From a bacterium HR37 (GTDB lineage Bacteria; Desulfobacterota_D; UBA1144; Nemesobacterales; CSP1-2), in the NCBI GenBank assembly GCA_002898375.1, contig BEIN01000009.1:8935-72934 (forward strand): DNA of 64,000 nt, written 5' to 3'. A program made the translations under genes and the position numbers. Below, one piece after another: positions 40,855 through 50,676 of this stretch (within the stretch, counting starts at the first letter, position 1; each line of letters opens with the position of its first letter). The notes beneath the pieces were generated by a model. The model saw only the letters and a list, made by a program, of their open reading frames with translations. It was not told where the DNA came from and searched no databases.

Positions 40855-42450
40855 CTACTCCTTTTCTTTTGTTTTTATCTTAATTATTTTACCTCCAAAT
40901 ATCTCAATGGCATCCTTTACCGCGGGTTCCTTGCGTATATTTTCCTTCTTTGCCAAGTACGAGGGCTCTTTAACACCAGGGTCAGGTGACTTTATATCTA
41001 TCTTAACTCTTAAGTCCTTGGAGAAAAACTCTCTTGAAATCCTTTTTAGGCTCTCCTGTGCGTCTTGACGCATCAGGTGGTCGGAGTGAATTGAGGGTGT
41101 ATCGAATTCTATAAGCAAGGTGCTGTTGTCAAGCTGGATTTTGCTTGCATGCTCTAGATGTCTACCCGTTATCGGCTTTTTAGATTTTACAAACCTTATA
41201 AAATCACCTATGTGGTTGTTTTCTTCCGTGGTGAGCTTCGTTTCTTCAGCGTATGTATCTGCTCCGTGTTTGACTCCGTCTGTTTCTTTATCTTCTTTTC
41301 TGTATTCCTTTCCTGCCTTCTGTAATCTGTCTATTTTCTCTATGATGTCCCCAATTTTGACCACATCCTGAATTAGACAGAGCTTTACCAGAGTCGATTC
41401 AAGGGCAAGTATTGGATAAAGGGATCTCTGTATCTCTTCTGTGCTTCGTAGCATTAGGTCAAACATCATCTCAAGTTCCTCAATTGATCTGTTGCTAGAG
41501 ATTTTCTCTAGATCCTTTATTTCTTCAGTGGATATGTCCGGGAGGTTTTCTCCTTCACATACCTTAAGTACGAGTACATCCCTTATAGTTTTTAGTAGTT
41601 CTTCTGCAAACCGCTTGGGATTTATACCCTTTTCCAGTGCGCTGTGAAGGGCTTCTATGCTTTTTTTCGGATCTTTACTGAAAACGGCTTCAAGCGTTAC
41701 CTTTACAAGGGATCTGTCAAAAAGCCCAAGTACCTCTGTTGCCTCTTGAGGTTTTATTGTGGTTCCAAAAGTTGCAACCAGCTGATCCAGCATACTTAGA
41801 GCATCTCTTAGACTACCATCTGCCTCTTTGGATATTAGGTAAAGTATTTCCCCCGGGACTTCTATTTCCTCAATTGAGGTAATCTCTTCGAGCCTCTTTC
41901 TTATTTTCTCTGCAGATACCCTTTTAAAATCGTATCTTTGACACCTTGAGAGTATGGTTGCCGGGATCTTATGTATTTCGGTTGTTGCAAGTATAAAAAG
42001 CACATGTGGAGGTGGTTCTTCAAGCGTCTTTAGCAGGGCGTTAAAGGCAGATTGTGAAAGCATATGAGCTTCATCGATTATGTAGATCTTTGTTTTGCCG
42101 GATGAGGGTAGGTACTTTACGTTATCTATGATCTCTCTTATATCATTTACACTGGTATGAGAGGCTGCATCTATCTCTATTACATCAAGAGACCTTCCCT
42201 CTGATATCTCCCTGCAAAAAACACACTCAGAACAGGGTTCCGGTGTGGGCCCCTTTTCGCAATTAAGGGCCTTTGCCACTATTCGTGCTGTTGAGGTTTT
42301 CCCCACACCACGTGGACCTGAAAAGATAAGGGCATGTGCTATCTTCCTTCTGGATATGGCATTCTTTAAGGTTCTTGTTATGTACTCCTGCCCTATAACC
42401 TCATCAAAGGTCTTGGGCCTCCACTTCCTGGCAAGAACGAGGTATGACAT
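40855..42450 (-). CDS. dnaX: DNA polymerase III subunit gamma/tau
   Basis: LARKWRP, GPRGVGKTS, IIDEAHML and ILSRCQ motifs. Confidence 0.97.
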   Translation of the reverse strand: MSYLVLARKWRPKTFDEVIGQEYITRTLKNAISRRKIAHALIFSGPRGVGKTSTARIVAKALNCEKGPTPEPCSECVFCREISEGRSLDVIEIDAASHTSVNDIREIIDNVKYLPSSGKTKIYIIDEAHMLSQSAFNALLKTLEEPPPHVLFILATTEIHKIPATILSRCQRYDFKRVSAEKIRKRLEEITSIEEIEVPGEILYLISKEADGSLRDALSMLDQLVATFGTTIKPQEATEVLGLFDRSLVKVTLEAVFSKDPKKSIEALHSALEKGINPKRFAEELLKTIRDVLVLKVCEGENLPDISTEEIKDLEKISSNRSIEELEMMFDLMLRSTEEIQRSLYPILALESTLVKLCLIQDVVKIGDIIEKIDRLQKAGKEYRKEDKETDGVKHGADTYAEETKLTTEENNHIGDFIRFVKSKKPITGRHLEHASKIQLDNSTLLIEFDTPSIHSDHLMRQDAQESLKRISREFFSKDLRVKIDIKSPDPGVKEPSYLAKKENIRKEPAVKDAIEIFGGKIIKIKTKEKE

Positions 42451-42463
42451 CTTTTTACCTTAA

Positions 42464-42569
<106 letters not shown>

Positions 42570-42593
42570 AACTTATACTAAAAATGCTCTATA

Positions 42594-42683
42594 CGGAGAG
42601 GGTGGGATTCGAACCCACGAGGGAGCTTTTAACCCCCTACACGCTTTCCAGGCGTGCACCTTCGTCCACTCGGTCACCTCTCC
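42594..42683 (-). tRNA. tRNA-Ser (GGA)
   Basis: GGAGAGG acceptor, CACGC-CTGGAAA-GCGTG anticodon arm, long variable arm and GTTCGAATC T loop; CCA not encoded. Confidence 0.95.
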
Positions 42684-42745
42684 ATTGTAACATATCTAAA
42701 AAGATTCTAACACCAAGGAGTACAATCTTCAAAGAAGGCCTTATA

Positions 42746-43369
42746 TTAATTGCCCTTGTACTCACACTTGCAAAGCTCTTTTCTTATAAAAGCAATTACG
42801 TTGTTTATGTCCCCATCCGAGAGTGTATTGCCCCAGGCTGGCATAAGGGGAGACTTCCCTACCGCTGCCCCTCCTTCTTTAATTACCTTAAAAAGGTGTT
42901 CATCACTCAGTGTGGATACATATGAGGCATCGGATAGATCCCTTGGCTTGGGCTCAAGGGCTGCTGCTGCTGGACCGTCTCCTTTCCCTTCTGGACCATG
43001 GCATGATGCACAGATCTGCTCAAACTTTTCTTTTCCCTTGGATGGATCCCCTGCTGTGTTTGTAGCAACTACCATGCTTTTTACTTCTTCTTTCAATCCT
43101 GAGTATCTTTCCATGGTTTCCTCTTTTATCGCACCTGCAGCCTCTTCCATCTTACCCTTTGCTTCTTTTCCCATTTGCCCGATGTCTTCTGCTACCTCCT
43201 CTGCCTCTTCTTTTATGTCTGTAGCTTTTTCTTTTAAGCTCTCTACCGAGCTTGTAACCTCACCGGGAGCCTCTTTTTTCTCCTCTTCCTTCTTGGAACA
43301 GGCAACCGCAAGTGAAAGTGATAAACCACATAACAGGGTTATAAAAACGGTAATTATTCCCTTTTTCAT
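42746..43369 (-). CDS. Lipid-anchored monoheme cytochrome c
   Basis: Lipobox AVAC, a long charged linker, CASCH and distal Met in SPLMPAW. Confidence 0.9.
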   Translation of the reverse strand: MKKGIITVFITLLCGLSLSLAVACSKKEEEKKEAPGEVTSSVESLKEKATDIKEEAEEVAEDIGQMGKEAKGKMEEAAGAIKEETMERYSGLKEEVKSMVVATNTAGDPSKGKEKFEQICASCHGPEGKGDGPAAAALEPKPRDLSDASYVSTLSDEHLFKVIKEGGAAVGKSPLMPAWGNTLSDGDINNVIAFIRKELCKCEYKGN

Positions 43370-43546
43370 TTTTTCCTCCTGTTGGTAAATAAGGGTTGTA
43401 GGTTTTATTTTATACTGTTTTTGGGTTTTGTTAAGAGGTGAGTGTCTTTTTTTGAGGTTGCTACAGTAAGAAATGCGGAACTTGAGTAAATATGGAGTCC
43501 TGTTTATACTCGATTAACTAACTGTGATTAACAACAGGAGGTAAAA

Positions 43547-44302
43547 ATGGGTTTTGTTGAGTTTGTAAAGGACACCGAGGGCATTGCAAGCGTTAAGATA
43601 AATCGGCCCAAGGTGAACGCGTTAAACGAGTCTTTGGTGGATGAGCTTACAGAGAGTTTTCAAAGCATTTCAGATGATTCCAACATAAGGTCTGTGATTC
43701 TTACTGGGGAGGGGAGTTTCTTTTCATTCGGATTGGATGTTCCTGAGTTTCTGGGTTATTCAAAAGAGTCTTTTACCAAGTTCCTCTTTAAGTTTACCGA
43801 TCTTATAAAGTACGTTTTTCTTTTTCCAAAACCGGTTGTAGCTGCACTGAACGGGCATACAATAGCTGCGGGTTGTATGCTTGCCATGGCCTGTGACTAC
43901 AGGGTTATGGTCTCTAATAAGGCAAAGATATCCTTAAATGAGATAACCTTTGGATCAACGGTCTTTGCAAGCTGTGTGGAAATACTTAAATTTGTAGTTG
44001 GGGGAAAGAATGCTGAAAGGGTACTTTATTCAGGCACCATGTATACGGCCAAGGAGGCCAAGGAGCTAGGACTTATTGATGAGGTGGTTTCTAAAGAGGA
44101 GCTAAAAAAGACTGCTATTGAGGTTGCCAAAGAATTTGCAAAGAAAGATACTCATGCCTTTAGAAGTATAAAGTCGCTCTTAAGGGAACAGGTTGCTGAA
44201 GAGATAGGTAAAAGAGAGAAGGATTCTATATTTGAGTTTGTGGATATATGGTATTCTGAAAGCACTCGCAGGAATCTTAAAGATATAAAGATACACAGTT
44301 AG
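43547..44302 (+). CDS. Enoyl-CoA hydratase/isomerase family (delta-isomerase-like)
   Basis: FSFGLD, PKPVVAALNGH and ACDYRVM...LNE motifs. Confidence 0.9.
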   Translation: MGFVEFVKDTEGIASVKINRPKVNALNESLVDELTESFQSISDDSNIRSVILTGEGSFFSFGLDVPEFLGYSKESFTKFLFKFTDLIKYVFLFPKPVVAALNGHTIAAGCMLAMACDYRVMVSNKAKISLNEITFGSTVFASCVEILKFVVGGKNAERVLYSGTMYTAKEAKELGLIDEVVSKEELKKTAIEVAKEFAKKDTHAFRSIKSLLREQVAEEIGKREKDSIFEFVDIWYSESTRRNLKDIKIHS

Positions 44303-44363
44303 TGTTTGTTTTAACGAGCTTTTAAAAATCGGGTAAACTGAGAGTGAGCAACAATTTCTTAAG

Positions 44364-44816
44364 GTGAGGTGGGTTATGAGTATAAGTATGAGTCCTCAAG
44401 AGATCAAGGTATTTCTTGCGGAAAACAAGGTCTGTCGAATGGCTACCGTTGATAAAAACGGTATGCCTCATGTCATTCCAATGTGGTATGTAATCTTAGA
44501 TGGTGATATATACATAGAGACAACTGGAACAACAAAAAAAGTTAAGAACATTAAGGCAAATGGGAAGGTTTCTTTGGTTGTGGATGCTGGTGAGTTTCTC
44601 TATGATTACAGAGGGGTTATGATGCAGGGAAGAATGGAGATTGTAGAGGACAGTGCCCTTTTTAAGAGGTTTCGGGAGGCTTTTGCTCAAAGGTACTTTG
44701 GTTCCGATGAACATCCCGGCTATAAAGTCCTTACAAGCATACCTAACCGTGTTCTTCTTAAGTTTGTTCCTGAAAAGGTGGTGTCCTGGGACTATAGGAA
44801 ATGGAAGTTTGAATAG
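44364..44816 (+). CDS. Pyridoxamine 5'-phosphate oxidase-like split-barrel protein (possibly F420/FMN binding)
   Basis: ATVDKNGMPHVIPMWY, KVKNI and VVSWDYRK motifs; start may be ATG 44376. Confidence 0.85.
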   Translation: MRWVMSISMSPQEIKVFLAENKVCRMATVDKNGMPHVIPMWYVILDGDIYIETTGTTKKVKNIKANGKVSLVVDAGEFLYDYRGVMMQGRMEIVEDSALFKRFREAFAQRYFGSDEHPGYKVLTSIPNRVLLKFVPEKVVSWDYRKWKFE

Positions 44817-44833
44817 GTGGGTTCTGGTTTCTT

Positions 44834-45397
44834 ATGGTTAAAAGTTGGAGCGTGGTTAATTCCATTAAGTTAAATTCATACAGGGTATTTTCTACCCGAA
44901 AGGATGTGGCTGTTTCTCCGGTTACCGGAAGAGAGCATGAGTTTTTTGTAATTGAAGCTCCTGACTGGATAAACGTAATTGCAACCACTCCGGATGAGCA
45001 TGTGGTTCTTATAGAGCAGTACCGCCATGGAATCGGATCAGTAACCCTTGAGATACCGGGTGGTATGATTGACCCGGGAGAATCTCCTCTTGATGCTGCC
45101 AGAAGGGAGTTAGTTGAAGAAACGGGGTTTTCTTCTGAGGAGTGGATCTGTCTTGGGAGAGTTCATCCAAACCCAGCTATACAGCAAAACGTCTGTTACA
45201 CCTTTCTTGCAAGGAATGCGAGGAAGAGTAAAGAACCAAGCCTAGAAGGTACTGAGGATATAGCTTCGCTTTTGGTTCCTATAAGTGATATACGTAGCCT
45301 GATTGCGAAAGGAAAGATTACACATTCCCTGGTTATCGCAGCGTTTTATTGGTATGATCTCTACAGAGAAACGGGTAGGGTTTTTGGTGTTACTTAG
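44834..45397 (+). CDS. NUDIX hydrolase (ADP-ribose pyrophosphatase-like)
   Basis: Nudix box GGMIDPGESPLDAARRELVEETG and QYRH. Confidence 0.92.
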   Translation: MVKSWSVVNSIKLNSYRVFSTRKDVAVSPVTGREHEFFVIEAPDWINVIATTPDEHVVLIEQYRHGIGSVTLEIPGGMIDPGESPLDAARRELVEETGFSSEEWICLGRVHPNPAIQQNVCYTFLARNARKSKEPSLEGTEDIASLLVPISDIRSLIAKGKITHSLVIAAFYWYDLYRETGRVFGVT

Positions 45398-45444
45398 TCA
45401 GCTTGTTGATTCTTACTCGGTTGCTGATAATATAATAGGTTTTA

Positions 45445-45529
45445 GGGCAGGTGGCGGAACAGGCAGACGCGGCGGCCTCAAAAGCCGCTGGGCATTGCGC
45501 CCGTAAGGGTTCGACTCCCTTCCTGCCCA
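45445..45529 (+). tRNA. tRNA-Leu (CAA)
   Basis: GGGCAGG/CCTGCCC acceptor, GCGGC-CTCAAAA-GCCGC anticodon arm, long variable arm and GTTCGACTC T loop; CCA not encoded. Confidence 0.95.
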
Positions 45530-45538
45530 TTTTTATTA

Positions 45539-46939
45539 CTAGCTTAAAAGACCACTTGCTATTGATTCAGCGGCCAATTCACCTGAGTGGATACAATCAG
45601 GCATACCAACGCCTTCGTAAGCACTACCTGCAAGTGCTAATCCTCTGTGTGTTTTTACCCTCTCTTTTATCCGGTTTATAAGTTCTGTATGTCCAACACC
45701 GTATAGAGGCATTGAGTCTATATGACGGTACACGCACATAATCAGCGGCTTATTCTTTATGTGAAGAAGCTCACTTAACTCCCTGTGTGTTGTCTCTATT
45801 ATTTTTGAATCATCCCATTCACAGGCTTTGGGTTGCATGCTTCCTCCTAAAAAACAACGAAGCAGTATATTTTCTTTCGGGGCACGTCCTTGGAATTTAA
45901 TGCTACTAAAGGAACAGGCAACTATGTTTCTTTTCTCTGTTGCGGGAACCACAAAACCAAAGCCATTTAGCGGATGAGATATGTCTTCTCTTCTGTATGC
46001 AAGGTTAACCACAACGGACGAGTTGTAAGGGATTTCTGATAGGTCCTTTGAAAGATCCGGGTCCAGTCCTTTAAGTAAGGATGCGGTAACATAGGCTGGG
46101 GTTGTAACTATCAGGCCATCTGCAAAGAACCTGTTTCCCTGATGTGTGGTTATAATCCATAATCCATTTTCCCTGGTTATGCTCTCTACAGAATGGTTTA
46201 GCTTTATTGTGTCTTTGGGTAAAAGCGATGCCAGTCTTTCAGGGAGGGTTTGCATGCCATTTAGAAGAGCAACAAAAAGGCTGTATCTTGCACCGCTTTG
46301 GTTCTGTTTGCCTCTGCCTTGCTCTTTCCTCATTGCCTTTATAAGGCTTCTGTGTTTTCTTTCCATTTCAAGAAGGTGAGGGAGGGTTGCACGCAGACTT
46401 ATGTTTTCTGGATCAGCCATGTATATACTGCCTACCAGGGGCTGAACTACCCTTTCAAGTGCTTCACGCCCAAATCTGCGTATGGTAAAAGAGGCAAGGG
46501 TTTCATCTTCTTTAGGCTTACCCGGTATGAAAAGCTCCATAAGAATACGAAGCTTTCCTTTCCAGGAAAAAAGGGGGGATTTAAGAAACGGTATGAACCT
46601 AGTAGGTGCAAGTACAAAAAACCCCTCAGGAATGGGCTGTAGTTTGCCCTGGAGGACAACAAAGGTGTTTCTGTTACGTGTGTTGGTCTGTATAAGCTCT
46701 GATTCAAGCCCTATGCGCCTGCACAGGTTAAGTGCCCATGGCTTTGTCGTTATAAAAGAGTCTGGACCATTTTCAATAAGAAACCCATCTATGTGTTCTG
46801 TTCTTATTGTTCCTCCAATTCGGTTTTGTTTTTCAAGTAAGATGATTTCTATCTTGTGGTTCTGTATGGAGCTTAATTCAAAGAGTCGGTAGGCTGCACT
46901 TAATCCTGTAATCCCTCCACCTATTACTATAACTCGCAT
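45539..46939 (-). CDS. hemY: HemY-type copro/protoporphyrinogen oxidase
   Basis: IGGGITGL, ENGPDSF, GFGFVVP and GVGMPDCI motifs. Confidence 0.93.
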   Translation of the reverse strand: MRVIVIGGGITGLSAAYRLFELSSIQNHKIEIILLEKQNRIGGTIRTEHIDGFLIENGPDSFITTKPWALNLCRRIGLESELIQTNTRNRNTFVVLQGKLQPIPEGFFVLAPTRFIPFLKSPLFSWKGKLRILMELFIPGKPKEDETLASFTIRRFGREALERVVQPLVGSIYMADPENISLRATLPHLLEMERKHRSLIKAMRKEQGRGKQNQSGARYSLFVALLNGMQTLPERLASLLPKDTIKLNHSVESITRENGLWIITTHQGNRFFADGLIVTTPAYVTASLLKGLDPDLSKDLSEIPYNSSVVVNLAYRREDISHPLNGFGFVVPATEKRNIVACSFSSIKFQGRAPKENILLRCFLGGSMQPKACEWDDSKIIETTHRELSELLHIKNKPLIMCVYRHIDSMPLYGVGHTELINRIKERVKTHRGLALAGSAYEGVGMPDCIHSGELAAESIASGLLS

Positions 46940-47874
46940 TTACCTCGTGGCTCTTTAATATAGCTGTGAACGGATTCAGCCAGTGCATGGATAAACTTTG
47001 GGTCGTCATTAACTGTGTTTGCCCTAAGTAATCTTACTCCGTTCTCTTCTGCTATCTTTTTTGCTTCAATCCCGATATCGTAGAGCACCTCAACGTGGTC
47101 ACATAAAAAGCCTATTGGCTGAACAACTGTGTATCTTACACCCTGTTTTGCAAGCTCTCTAATTGCATCGCATATATCTGGTTCAAGCCAGGGATCCATG
47201 GGGTTTCCGCTTCGGCTCTGATAAGCTATCATCCAATTTTGGTGTTTAAGTTTTCTTGCTATGGAGAGTGCCAAGGTTTTAAACTGCTCGGTGTAGGGAG
47301 ATTCCTCTGCCATTCTAATGGGTATGCTGTGGGCGGTAAACACTAGCAGGGTATTTGCAAGCTCCTCTGGAGGAAGCTCAAGAAAACGCTCATATACCTT
47401 TTCCGCGCATGATTCCACAAACAGGGGATGATCAAAAACAGGAGGCAGGTACTCAACATCAATGTTAATATTTCCTTTCTCCAGGGCTTCTTTAACACTA
47501 CGCTGATATTGGTTCCAGCTTGCATCACATTGAAAGGGTGACATTATGATACCAAGTGCCCGTTTTATACCTCTTTTTGACATCTCGGTTATCGTTTCTG
47601 ATATAAAAGGGTGCCAGTTACGCATACCTATGTATACGGGAAGTTCGTATCCGTAGTCTTTTAATCTTAGCTCTAGGGCCTTTGCCTGCCTCAGCGTTAT
47701 CTCGTTTATGGGTGACTTGCCCCCTATGGCCATGTAGTGATGTGCAACCTCTTCTATCCTCTCGGTAGGAATGCGGCGTCCTTGTGTAACAATCCTGAGA
47801 AAAGGGTATATGTCTTCTGGGCTGTATGGGCCTCCAAAGGCAAGCATAAGCACTGCATCAAAGGCTTTGGTCAT
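46927..47874 (-). CDS. hemH: Ferrochelatase
   Basis: FGGP, GGKSPIN, FTAHSIP, YQSRSG, WLEPD and FLCDHVEVLYD motifs. Confidence 0.95.
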   Translation of the reverse strand: MTKAFDAVLMLAFGGPYSPEDIYPFLRIVTQGRRIPTERIEEVAHHYMAIGGKSPINEITLRQAKALELRLKDYGYELPVYIGMRNWHPFISETITEMSKRGIKRALGIIMSPFQCDASWNQYQRSVKEALEKGNINIDVEYLPPVFDHPLFVESCAEKVYERFLELPPEELANTLLVFTAHSIPIRMAEESPYTEQFKTLALSIARKLKHQNWMIAYQSRSGNPMDPWLEPDICDAIRELAKQGVRYTVVQPIGFLCDHVEVLYDIGIEAKKIAEENGVRLLRANTVNDDPKFIHALAESVHSYIKEPRGKCEL

Positions 47875-49822
47875 TGGTTTTTTTCCTCATGCTGGAATAC
47901 TCATGCACTGTATCCACCAGAGTAAGTACGTTGTCAACTGGGGTGCCTGGAAGCACACCGTGGCCAAGATTAAATATGTGACCTTCTCGTCCAGCAGCTT
48001 TGTCCAGAATCCTTATTGCTCTTCTCTTAATTTCCGAAGGGGGGGCAAGGAGTACAGCAGGGTCTAGGTTTCCCTGAATTGCAACGTCGTATCCAAGTCT
48101 CTTCCAGGCCTTATCGAGCTCTATTCTCCAGTCAAGTCCTATGACACTGCTACCTGCTTCCTTCATTAGATCAAGTAGCGATGCGGTACCCGTTCCAAAG
48201 TGTATTACCGGTACCCCCGGCCTTATCCCTTGAATAAGCTTTTTCATATAGGGAAGAACAAAGTCACGATAGTCCTCAGGTGAAAGGCATCCTACCCAGC
48301 TGTCAAAGATCTGAACTGCATCTGCTCCCGAGTCGATTTGACGGTTTAGGTAGAGTAGGGTTGCATGTGTAAGCTTATCCATAAGCACATGCCATGCTTC
48401 GGGGTCTCTATACATTAATCCCTTTGTGTTTTCATAGTTCCTGGAGCTACCTCCCTCGATAAGATAAGAGGCAACTGTAAATGGAGCACCTGCAAAGCCA
48501 ATAAGTGCTATTTCAGGGGCAAGTGCACGTCTTGATATCTCAACGGCCTTGTAGACAAAATCCAGTTCATCGGGATTAAATTCCCTCAAAGTGTCAAGGG
48601 CTTTTGTGCTTCTTAGCGGCTTTTTTATCCTGGGGCCTTCACCCTTTGAGAACTCAAGCTCTACACCAAGTGGCTCCAGGATTAAGAGGATGTCTGCAAA
48701 AATGATAGCTGCATCAACCCCCAGTCTGTCCACTGCCATAAGCGTTACCTCTGCTGCAAGTTCAGGAGTTTTGCATAACTCTAGAAAAGAAACCCTAGCA
48801 CGTAGTTCTCTATACTCTCGCAGAAAGCGACCTGCCTGTCGCATAAGCCATATCGGGGTGTAGTCAGTGGGTTCGCGGTTGCACGCTTTTATAAACACAG
48901 AGTTGTTTACTTTTTTCTCGGGTGCATCCTTATACCATATCATATCAATTCTCTTCCATTGGCCTGTATCTACGCCATTGGAGTAGGCTATCTGCTTTCT
49001 GGTTAAAAGGTAGTGAGCTCGCCTTGCTATTTCTCTTACGAAGTTGCCCATCTTAGGGCTGTTAGGCTCATAGTCTACTGTGAATCCAAAGTTTTTTAGC
49101 GTTTCTGTTGTGGTTGGTCCTATGGAACCGATAACAACACGTTTTAGCCCTTCCCGAAGGGGTTTTTCAAGTTCTTTTTGCCTTGCAACCTCTATTAGGT
49201 GATAAACCTGTTGGGAGCTTGTAAACAGGGCAACCTCTACTTTACCAGAGGATATGGAATGAATTGCATCAACAAGTGGCTTTATATCTTCAGGCAATGC
49301 CCAGCGGTAAACCGCAACCGGCTTTACCGTTGCCCCACGTTCCCTTAGCCCGTCTAGGAGTTGTGTGTTTGAGACGCCGTACTCCTGAACAACAACGGTC
49401 TTGTTATTTAGTGGTAGTGTAGAATCCAGTGACGATAGAATCTCTCGCCAGGTGTTTGGCTCTGGCACTATTATATCAGGTTTTAATCCCAGTTCCCGTA
49501 AAGCTGAAACAGGTTTGGGACCTCTGGCAACTATAGTTGTGTTTTTGAGGGACTCTATAAACTTATCACGACTGTACTTTGTTGTAACAATCTCTATGAG
49601 TGTACGGGTTCCAACACCTGTAAGAAGTATTACTACGTCTATTTTCCCGTTAAAGAGTTCTTCTGCAAATTCAAAAGCCTGGGTTGTTTCTGATAGGGGA
49701 ACCTCACGCATAGAGGGTGCAACCTGGGGAATTCCGCCATAGTAGGCAATTAACCTCTCTATTTCCTTTGCACGGCGGCTTTCAAAAGCAACAACCCTCA
49801 TCCCATCAAAACTAGCTTTCAT
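47858..49822 (-). CDS. hemE: Fused uroporphyrinogen-III synthase / uroporphyrinogen decarboxylase (HemD-HemE)
   Basis: N-terminal about 275 aa is HemD-like (ARGPKP, VYRWALP, FTSS, SIGPTT). C-terminal part is HemE (WLMRQAGR, GFAGAPFT, QGNLDP, FNLGHG). Confidence 0.92.
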   Translation of the reverse strand: MKASFDGMRVVAFESRRAKEIERLIAYYGGIPQVAPSMREVPLSETTQAFEFAEELFNGKIDVVILLTGVGTRTLIEIVTTKYSRDKFIESLKNTTIVARGPKPVSALRELGLKPDIIVPEPNTWREILSSLDSTLPLNNKTVVVQEYGVSNTQLLDGLRERGATVKPVAVYRWALPEDIKPLVDAIHSISSGKVEVALFTSSQQVYHLIEVARQKELEKPLREGLKRVVIGSIGPTTTETLKNFGFTVDYEPNSPKMGNFVREIARRAHYLLTRKQIAYSNGVDTGQWKRIDMIWYKDAPEKKVNNSVFIKACNREPTDYTPIWLMRQAGRFLREYRELRARVSFLELCKTPELAAEVTLMAVDRLGVDAAIIFADILLILEPLGVELEFSKGEGPRIKKPLRSTKALDTLREFNPDELDFVYKAVEISRRALAPEIALIGFAGAPFTVASYLIEGGSSRNYENTKGLMYRDPEAWHVLMDKLTHATLLYLNRQIDSGADAVQIFDSWVGCLSPEDYRDFVLPYMKKLIQGIRPGVPVIHFGTGTASLLDLMKEAGSSVIGLDWRIELDKAWKRLGYDVAIQGNLDPAVLLAPPSEIKRRAIRILDKAAGREGHIFNLGHGVLPGTPVDNVLTLVDTVHEYSSMRKKTNDQSL

Positions 49823-49891
49823 GTATCTTGTGTTCCCGTGGTTGGTTTTAGTTGTTTTAAAGAAAGCCTTGACATATATAGAACCCTGATA

Positions 49892-49920
49892 AGGTTAGCA
49901 CATGGGTATATAGGGGTCAA
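49892..49920 (-). promoter_or_regulatory. Sigma70 promoter for hem operon
   Basis: Minus strand TTGACC-N17-TAACCT with TG at the extended -10 position. Confidence 0.55.
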
Positions 49921-49942
49921 GTTGCTTGACTTAAAGCCAGGC

Positions 49943-49971
49943 TTGATATTGTAGTTTCCGTTTTTTATAAT
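49943..49971 (+). promoter_or_regulatory. Sigma70 promoter for kappa-GST gene
   Basis: TTGATA-N17-TATAAT followed by SD GGGGAGGT. Confidence 0.6.
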
Positions 49972-49988
49972 CCCTAGGGGAGGTTTAA

Positions 49989-50579
49989 ATGAAAAAAGTA
50001 GAATTCTACTATGATATAGCAAGCCCTTACAGTTACCTGGCTTCTACCCAGGTAGAAAAGGTCTGTCAGAGGTGTGGTGCTGAGCTTGATTGGAGGCCTT
50101 TTCTGATCGGGGGAGTATATAAAGAAACAGGGAATCGGGCTCCACTAGAGGTTCCCAATAAAAAGGCCTATATGATAGTTGACCTTAAGGATTGGGCACG
50201 CTATTACGGAGTGGAGCTAAACTTTCCTGAGTTGTTTCCACTAAACAGTTTAAAGGTTATGAGGGGTGCAATAGTTGCAAAGGAGATTGGCAGGATAAGA
50301 GACTATACCCATAAGATGTTTAGACTCTACTGGGTAGAAGGGGAGGACTTGAGTAAAGATGAGATACTGAGGAAGGGTGTTGAAGCCATTGGCATGGATG
50401 CCAATTGGTTTATGAAGCGCATAGGGGATCAAGATGTAAAAGACAAGTTAAGGGAAGAAACTTCTAAAGCGGTAAGCAGGGGGGCTTTTGGTGCTCCTAC
50501 GTTTTTTATAGGTGAAAGGATGTTCTGGGGAAATGATAGGTTGATGTTAGTTGAGGAGTACCTTAAAGGAAGGCTCTAA
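49989..50579 (+). CDS. 2-hydroxychromene-2-carboxylate isomerase / kappa GST (DsbA-like)
   Basis: FYYDIASPYSYLA, GAFGAPTF and FWGNDR motifs. Confidence 0.9.
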   Translation: MKKVEFYYDIASPYSYLASTQVEKVCQRCGAELDWRPFLIGGVYKETGNRAPLEVPNKKAYMIVDLKDWARYYGVELNFPELFPLNSLKVMRGAIVAKEIGRIRDYTHKMFRLYWVEGEDLSKDEILRKGVEAIGMDANWFMKRIGDQDVKDKLREETSKAVSRGAFGAPTFFIGERMFWGNDRLMLVEEYLKGRL

Positions 50580-50676
50580 GTTGGTAGGGTTGTTGATTGA
50601 TTTTGGCTTTTTTGTAAGTAAATTAATCTAAGTTTTAGCTTCCAGCTGATGGTAGATGGCTAAATAAAGGAGACAA

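Noticed and set aside
41659-41669. A7 run in dnaX as a tau/gamma frameshift site
   Set aside because: Not phased as A-AAA-AAG, and it lies near residue 262, too early to yield a functional gamma subunit.
42750-43388. 212-aa plus-strand ORF
   Set aside because: Antisense shadow of the cytochrome c gene; Ser/Phe-rich mirror composition and no SD.
49869-49930. Imperfect inverted repeats upstream of the hem operon as an ncRNA or riboswitch
   Set aside because: The symmetry is explained by opposing TTGAC -35 elements of divergent promoters; no recognisable aptamer.
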